From Bacteroidota bacterium (GTDB taxonomy: Bacteria > Bacteroidota > Bacteroidia > NS11-12g > UBA9320): a stretch of 64,000 nucleotides of DNA. Within the stretch, counting starts at the first letter, position 1, and each line of letters opens with the position of its first letter. Under the pieces are notes generated by a model. It was not told the origin of the DNA, searched no databases, and saw only the letters and a program-made list of their open reading frames with translations. Made by a program: the position numbers and the translations under genes. This document shows, one piece after another, positions 59,601 through 64,000 of the stretch. Location: assembly GCA_013359235.1 (NCBI GenBank), contig JABWCE010000009.1, forward strand, positions 8,796 through 72,795. Direction: 5' to 3'.

Positions 59601-60370
59601 ATTGTCCGGTTTACGATACTGTAAAAGTATTGTATAAAGTTACACCGATAGTTAATCTTGGTAATGATTTGGATATATGCGATAATGTTCCGAACCCTGT
59701 AGTTTTAGATGCGTCAGCAGCAGCAGCCGAAACATATTTGTGGAATACAGGCTCAAGTTCGCCTACAATTTCGGTTTCGGCTCCTGATGCAACTTATTGG
59801 GTGAAAACTTCAAATGGTAATTGCCAATCTGGCGATACCATTAATGTTACATTCCAATACAATCCTGCAACAAATCCTATTATGGATTTCGGATTTTCTG
59901 ATTCAATGTTTTGTAATAATCCCAGAATTTCATACGATTTCACTTCTCCCAATACAAATTATATTTGGCAAGACGGAAATACTTCTCCCAAACGTCAAAT
60001 TACCGAACCCGGTTTATATTGGCTTGTAGCTTCAAACAAATGCGGTAAAGACAGTTTCAGTGTTTTGATTACTGTTGACGAAAATGGTTGCAGATTGATG
60101 TTTCCAACTGCATTTTCACCAAACGACGATGGAACTAATGATAAATGGATGCCACGAGGTCAGGTTATTGAGTGGGTTGAACTTTTGATAATCAACCGCT
60201 GGGGTGAAATAATTTACAAAGGTGACCCTTCAAAAGGTTGGGATGGTAAAACAAGCAGAGGCGAAATGGTGCCCGATGGAGCTTATCCTACGGTTATCTC
60301 TTATCGCAAAGACAATGGAGGCTATGCTAGAATGTACGTTCAGAAAATGCTTATCCACGTAATTAAGTAA
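56606..60370 (+). CDS. Large secreted protein with T9SS type B (gliding motility-associated) C-terminal domain
   Basis: Signal peptide present. There are multiple ~75-aa repeats with the pattern N.G.DT..C.G…L. The C-terminus (FSPNDDGTNDKW…AYPTVISYR) matches the type B sorting-domain motif FSPNGDG.ND. Confidence 0.8.
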   Translation: MKKSVVLLIFTIFSLNLIAQKEATWWYFGKYAGISFTGTNNAPVNQTNGQMNNSEGVASISNSKGQLIFYTDGEYVYDRTHTLVNSGKRLKGHNSSTQSGVIVQQPGRGNRYWIFTVDEEWGNNGFQYAIYDTSTRKLVPNLDAGNSPSESCRLLCKSLNNKYAPEKVAAVKHSNKVDIWIINHTGGDNDFYVYKLSAKGLDAPIVQSIGPVWSMTGTGAKGYSKGYMKFSPDGTKLICAIAGQQYVGMGGYGNNSGRIEIYDFDNVTGKLSNAQIIDKNNINPSAGKISSVYGIEVSPNGRYLYASFYIPAWSISGSDGGDGLWQLDLLAGGGNADSIGKSCLRIVSSFSTYSGGGMQLAPDGRIYLARSGLGSGAKYLSCIQKPNCRGSDCSFVNNAIDISPRSSQWGVPTFINSFFNKAEFEWGSNAANLCEGQLTKLFITDSTGVDSAKWNFGDTASGSYNTAKGFTVFHKFSSAKTYSVFVQLYRKTTSPDCYADTARKKVTIFPNPKVNIGRDTSVCDGESIVMDATTTNATYIWSNSFTTPVNSASSKGWFWVDVKVGGCTTRDSLYLDVLQFPVISLGNDTLICEYDSIKLTANDGTKYLWSKGDTTSLIWAKDTGMVWLKASNGRCSTFDTLYIKHSKRPYLNIGQDSLLCIGDSLELSAKTQFSKSYLWNDNSTDSVLKVKASGIYWARIKDTLCYSNYDSANITFQTKLSFDIGKDTFICKGGSFVVNAAFSGIKTWKWHDNSTKSTYTATNAGKKWVNVTNGTCKASDTIEIFENTIPPFTLGNDTTLCKGETFNPLSSVLKDIEYTWMGISVTTTFPITNSGKYWVDLRDVPKKVCLFSDTINVTFKNATVINLGNDTSLCKNQTIDLNIAKYAFKKYKWWDGNTSTGVRKTTYSPGTTKYWVEGDDGVCKSSDTIKVTYRLPLSLNVGPDVNLCDNATKDFDLTGTPGATEYEWLSSVGLSLTNMPKYTVNTPGGTFIAKISDGYCPVYDTVKVLYKVTPIVNLGNDLDICDNVPNPVVLDASAAAAETYLWNTGSSSPTISVSAPDATYWVKTSNGNCQSGDTINVTFQYNPATNPIMDFGFSDSMFCNNPRISYDFTSPNTNYIWQDGNTSPKRQITEPGLYWLVASNKCGKDSFSVLITVDENGCRLMFPTAFSPNDDGTNDKWMPRGQVIEWVELLIINRWGEIIYKGDPSKGWDGKTSRGEMVPDGAYPTVISYRKDNGGYARMYVQKMLIHVIK

Positions 60371-60373
60371 GAT

Positions 60374-61621
60374 TTATTTTTTCTTTTCATGAAAACATAA
60401 ATAATCTGCAACAGTAAAAGTACTGCCACCAATAAATATTACATCATTTTTGCCGGCAACTTCTATTGCATGATTTGCTGCATTTACAGTATTTTCAAAT
60501 GTTTTACCAATAATTCCATTTCTTTTAGCTTCGTCATACAAACTATGAGAATCTCTCCCCCTTGGAATCTCTGGTTTGCAAAAATAATATATCGCATTTT
60601 TAGGTAAAAAACCCCAGTATTTAAAGGTTTCTTTGTCATTTACTACCCCAAAAACAATATGCAACTTATCAAATTCCATTTTTAAAAGCTGATTTATTAC
60701 AAGTCTCAAACCTGCTTCGTTGTGGGCAGTGTCGCATATTGTAAGAGGTTTTTTTGAAATTATTTCCCAGCGACCTCGTAAACCTGTAAGTTTTTTGATA
60801 TTTTTTATTGCATAAATATTTTTACTGTCATTTAATTTATAACCCTTTTGTTTCAATATTTCTATACATTGCCAAACTGTATTCATATTTTTCTTTTGAT
60901 AATCACCCTTCAAATCAGATGATATTTTCAGGTTTTTAAAATTTATGTTTTTATCGGCAAAAAATATTTCTGAAGAATTTTCCATAGCTTTTTCTTTGAA
61001 AATATCAGCTATTTGATTTTGAGTTTCGCCAATTACTACAGGTGTATTTTTTTTAATTATACCTGCTTTTTCTTTAGCAATTTTTTCTAGTGTATTTCCC
61101 AATAGAGCAGTGTGGTCAAAACTTATATTTGTTATTACAGAAAGTTCGGGAGTAATAATATTTGTACTGTCAAGTCTGCCGCCAAGTCCTGTCTCTATTA
61201 TAGCAATATCAATATCTTTTTTTGCAAAATAATTAAATGCCAAAGCTACAGTTACCTCAAAAAATGAAGGGTTTATCTCTTCAATTTCAATCTTGTATTT
61301 ATTAATAAAACCGCAAACAAAATTTTTACTTATTTTCTTGCCATTTATTCTTATTCTTTCTCTAAAATCAACAAGATGAGGCGAAGTATAAAGTCCGGTT
61401 TTGTAGCCGTTTGCCTGAAACACAGCCGCTAAAGCATGGGAAACTGAACCCTTCCCATTTGTGCCGGCAACATGAATACATTTAAAACTATTTTGAGGAT
61501 TATAGAGTAAATTGCAAAGTTTTACTGTGTTTTCAATATCGGTTTTATAAGCAGCAGCCCCAATTCTTTGATACATGGGCAACTTGTTGTACAGATATTT
61601 TAAAACATAATCGTAATTCAA
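60374..61621 (-). CDS. folC: Folylpolyglutamate synthase/dihydrofolate synthase
   Basis: Mur-ligase P-loop VAGTNGKGSV, 415 aa, FolC-like domain order. Confidence 0.85.
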   Translation of the reverse strand: MNYDYVLKYLYNKLPMYQRIGAAAYKTDIENTVKLCNLLYNPQNSFKCIHVAGTNGKGSVSHALAAVFQANGYKTGLYTSPHLVDFRERIRINGKKISKNFVCGFINKYKIEIEEINPSFFEVTVALAFNYFAKKDIDIAIIETGLGGRLDSTNIITPELSVITNISFDHTALLGNTLEKIAKEKAGIIKKNTPVVIGETQNQIADIFKEKAMENSSEIFFADKNINFKNLKISSDLKGDYQKKNMNTVWQCIEILKQKGYKLNDSKNIYAIKNIKKLTGLRGRWEIISKKPLTICDTAHNEAGLRLVINQLLKMEFDKLHIVFGVVNDKETFKYWGFLPKNAIYYFCKPEIPRGRDSHSLYDEAKRNGIIGKTFENTVNAANHAIEVAGKNDVIFIGGSTFTVADYLCFHEKKK

Positions 61622-61637
61622 AAAAAATTAAAATAAA

Positions 61638-62543
61638 TTATCTTGTTTTGAATGTAAATTTCACTTTTCCGCAAGTTTCAGAACTCGAGTTGCTAACAGG
61701 ACTATATGTGTTTTCTTTAACAGCTTTTAAAGCCAGATCAATAAAATATTTATCAGTCATTGTGCCACCGAGTAATGGTCTGGCAGATTTAAGCCTTCCA
61801 TCTTTGTAAACACATATTTCAATAATCACAGTACCTGCTCCAGAGCGATTAGTTTCTATATTAAATTCTTTATCGCGTTTAAACCCTGACAAATCAAATT
61901 TTATATTGTTTCCACTGCCTGGTCCTTTACCAGGTCCATCGCCAGGACCATCTCCGGGACCGTCACCAGGTCCATTTCCAGGTCCGTTGCCTGTTCCATT
62001 ACCAGGTCCTCCGTTTCCATCGCCTTTTTGGTTGTTCCCGTCTTTGTCGCCATATACACTGCCATCGGGCCTGCCTTCGTTTCCGGGTTTTGAACCATCG
62101 CCTTTGTTTCCGCCTTTTTTAAATAATCCTTTTGAATCTATCTTTTTTTCGGGAACTGTTGTTACCGGCTTAGTAGGTTTATATACAGGAGGTGTAATTT
62201 TAGGCTTTGTTTCTACGGGTGTTTTAGGTTTTGTTTCTGCTTCTTTGGTAGGTAAAACAGGGGCTTCAGTATTTTCTTCAGTTAAAATTGATTCTTCTGT
62301 TGTTGTTTCGGTTGCAATCGGTTCGGGTTGTTCTTCGGTATATCCGTTTATTTCATCATTTCCACCTAAATCTGGTTCGCCAAGAGATACTTCAAGCCCT
62401 CCAAGTGCTTCACCAATTGAGTTATTTCCACCGCCACCACCGCCTCCAGCTATTTCAGAAAAACTCATCAGAAAAACGCTAAGAAACAGTAATCCATGAA
62501 ATATTACTGTACCTATTAAACCTTTTTGATTTTCAGAGTTCAT
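61638..62543 (-). CDS. TonB-family energy transducer with a Pro/Gly-rich spacer
   Basis: N-terminal transmembrane helix. A Glu/Pro/Thr-rich then (GPGDGP)n spacer follows. The C-terminal ~90-aa TonB-like domain contains VIIEICVYKDGRLKSARPLLG. It lies directly upstream of folC on the same strand. Confidence 0.6.
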   Translation of the reverse strand: MNSENQKGLIGTVIFHGLLFLSVFLMSFSEIAGGGGGGGNNSIGEALGGLEVSLGEPDLGGNDEINGYTEEQPEPIATETTTEESILTEENTEAPVLPTKEAETKPKTPVETKPKITPPVYKPTKPVTTVPEKKIDSKGLFKKGGNKGDGSKPGNEGRPDGSVYGDKDGNNQKGDGNGGPGNGTGNGPGNGPGDGPGDGPGDGPGKGPGSGNNIKFDLSGFKRDKEFNIETNRSGAGTVIIEICVYKDGRLKSARPLLGGTMTDKYFIDLALKAVKENTYSPVSNSSSETCGKVKFTFKTR

Positions 62544-62581
62544 TTTTTTGTATATTTAAAGTTTATTTTGTTCCTAAATTA

Positions 62582-63631
62582 TTAATCAAATACTATATTT
62601 TTTTCAATATTGATATTTTTATATCCGTTTTGTTTTAAGATAACGCTGAAACCTTTGGCTGTATTATGAGTATAAAAAGTTTCTACTGTTATTGAATATC
62701 CTTTTTCTGTTTTTTCGTTTAATCTGGCGTTTAAAAACTCACTTTTTAGTTTAATAAGTATTTTATCGGCTTCTTTTTGGTTATTATAATATCCAACTAT
62801 TACATCATAAGTTTCGTTTGATGTTTGTTGTTGTTGGTTTATTTGTTTAAGTTTTGCTTTCAATTCACCTATTTTTTTGCGTTCGGCATTGAACTCAAGC
62901 TTTTCAATTGTTGTCTTTCTTACCTTTTCTTCCTTTTTTGAATTTGTATCTATATTAAATAATTGTGCTTTTTGCTCGGTTTTATTTTTTGATTTTTCAG
63001 CACTAAAATAATATACTCCAAAAATTAATAATATAGCAACTAATACCAATGATGCTACATTTAGTATTGGCTTTATTGATAAATTTAATGATGGTAATTT
63101 ATATTCAAATTCAGCATTATCAGTTTTAATTTCAAATTCATTTATTAACGTCTCTTCGTCTGTGTTCTCATGATTTTCTGCCGTAAATGTTGAAACTATT
63201 ACATTGTTCAACGATTTGATTTTTACAGGAAACAACCCATAACTCGACTCTAGAAAATTTAAGCCCTGATAGGGAACAAATAGAATTGTATTTTCTGTTG
63301 TCAGGTAAAAAGTTCCTATATTTTTAAAATCAAAACTCTTGTTTTCATTAATTTTTTCTTTAAGGTATAAGCTGAATTTATTTATATCTTCAAGTGCTGA
63401 TTGGTATGAAATATTTTTTGCTTTTGACCAATAATTTACAAGTAATCCGTCGTTTTCAATCAAACTTTGATTAAAGGCGACCTTTTTTGATGAAGGATTT
63501 ATTAAATTTCTGCTTTCTTCGAAACCTGAGCGTTTAAAGTTGGTAATAAAACCTCCAAAATCAGGAATTATAACACAATTATGCTTGTATAGCAAATCAG
63601 GTATTACATCAATCAGATTAATAAATAACAT
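62582..63631 (-). CDS. SPOR-domain protein with an HU/CCDC81-like N-terminal domain
   Basis: N-terminal DNA-binding-like domain, a central transmembrane segment and coiled coil, and a C-terminal SPOR-like fold (YDVIVGYYNNQKEADKILIKLK…GYSITVETFYTHNTAKGF). Confidence 0.5.
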   Translation of the reverse strand: MLFINLIDVIPDLLYKHNCVIIPDFGGFITNFKRSGFEESRNLINPSSKKVAFNQSLIENDGLLVNYWSKAKNISYQSALEDINKFSLYLKEKINENKSFDFKNIGTFYLTTENTILFVPYQGLNFLESSYGLFPVKIKSLNNVIVSTFTAENHENTDEETLINEFEIKTDNAEFEYKLPSLNLSIKPILNVASLVLVAILLIFGVYYFSAEKSKNKTEQKAQLFNIDTNSKKEEKVRKTTIEKLEFNAERKKIGELKAKLKQINQQQQTSNETYDVIVGYYNNQKEADKILIKLKSEFLNARLNEKTEKGYSITVETFYTHNTAKGFSVILKQNGYKNINIEKNIVFD

Positions 63632-63737
63632 TCGATATATTATTAAAGCAAATAAATGCTTATTCTTTTGAATTCTTTTTGCAACTTATAAACAATTTTA
63701 TAAATTATTGATTTTTAAAAACAGATTTTTTTAAAAT

Positions 63738-64000
63738 CTAAAATTTGAAAGTAATTCCACCAATTCCGTTGATTTTATATACCGGATAATTATACCAAAG
63801 TTGATAATCTTTGTTTGTCAAATTATTTAAGTTTATAAAAATTGAAAGTTTTTTATTCAAATTATAGCCTGCATTTATATTTATATCGGCTATTGGGCTT
63901 AGTTCTTTGCTTTGCCATGCTCCAACAGTTTTTGCATATCTTTTACCTATTACAAAAACATTTGCTCCAAGTGATATTTTACTGTTTAACATGGTCGAAA
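63738..64000 (-). CDS. C-terminal end of an outer-membrane beta-barrel protein (TonB-dependent receptor or PorP/SprF-like); the gene continues beyond the window
   Basis: Amphipathic beta-strands ending …GGITFKF, with a terminal Phe. Confidence 0.45.
   Translation of the reverse strand, partial: STMLNSKISLGANVFVIGKRYAKTVGAWQSKELSPIADININAGYNLNKKLSIFINLNNLTNKDYQLWYNYPVYKINGIGGITFKF

Noticed and set aside
61906-62499. 197-aa plus-strand ORF composed almost entirely of Pro/Gly/Ser/Leu
   Set aside because: It is the antisense shadow of the Gly/Pro-rich repeat in the minus-strand TonB gene, not an independent gene.

Overview
Low-GC (~30%) chromosomal segment from a Bacteroidetes-type organism. 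The assignment rests on TAnnTTTG-like promoter boxes, T9SS type A and type B C-terminal sorting domains, SprB repeats and a tmRNA tag of the GENNYALAA type. From the start of the window it holds: a YfhO-like membrane protein (5'-truncated), holB, a PSP1/RicT-like protein, a 1423-aa double CoA-activase/dehydratase-like fusion, tmRNA (minus strand), an AlaDH/PNT-family dehydrogenase, a frameshifted PAP2 phosphatase, typA, tRNA-Asn(GTT) followed by a small GIY-YIG nuclease pseudogene flanked by a degenerate duplicate of the tRNA 3' part, and a TolB-like PEGA/PD40 gene broken by a stop and a frameshift. Next comes a cluster of small secreted proteins and lipoproteins, then a 16.4-kb gene for a 5471-aa modular cell-surface protein (tandem CARDB plus beta-helix modules, then CARDB repeats) and an 8.6-kb gene for a 2874-aa M4 (thermolysin-like) metallopeptidase fused to ~25 SprB repeats and a T9SS type A C-terminal domain. 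After these: a BNR/Fn3 T9SS protein, a cobalamin-riboswitch-controlled btuB-like TonB-dependent receptor operon with two surface lipoproteins (minus strand), a second TonB-dependent receptor, sppA, a 1254-aa T9SS type B cargo protein, and a minus-strand operon of a SPOR-domain protein, TonB and folC. No CRISPR array or obvious prophage. The most unusual items are the GIY-YIG/tRNA-Asn mini-element, the protease-SprB fusion, the giant modular adhesin-like protein with no recognisable T9SS C-terminal domain, and four gene disruptions concentrated in 10.5-15 kb.
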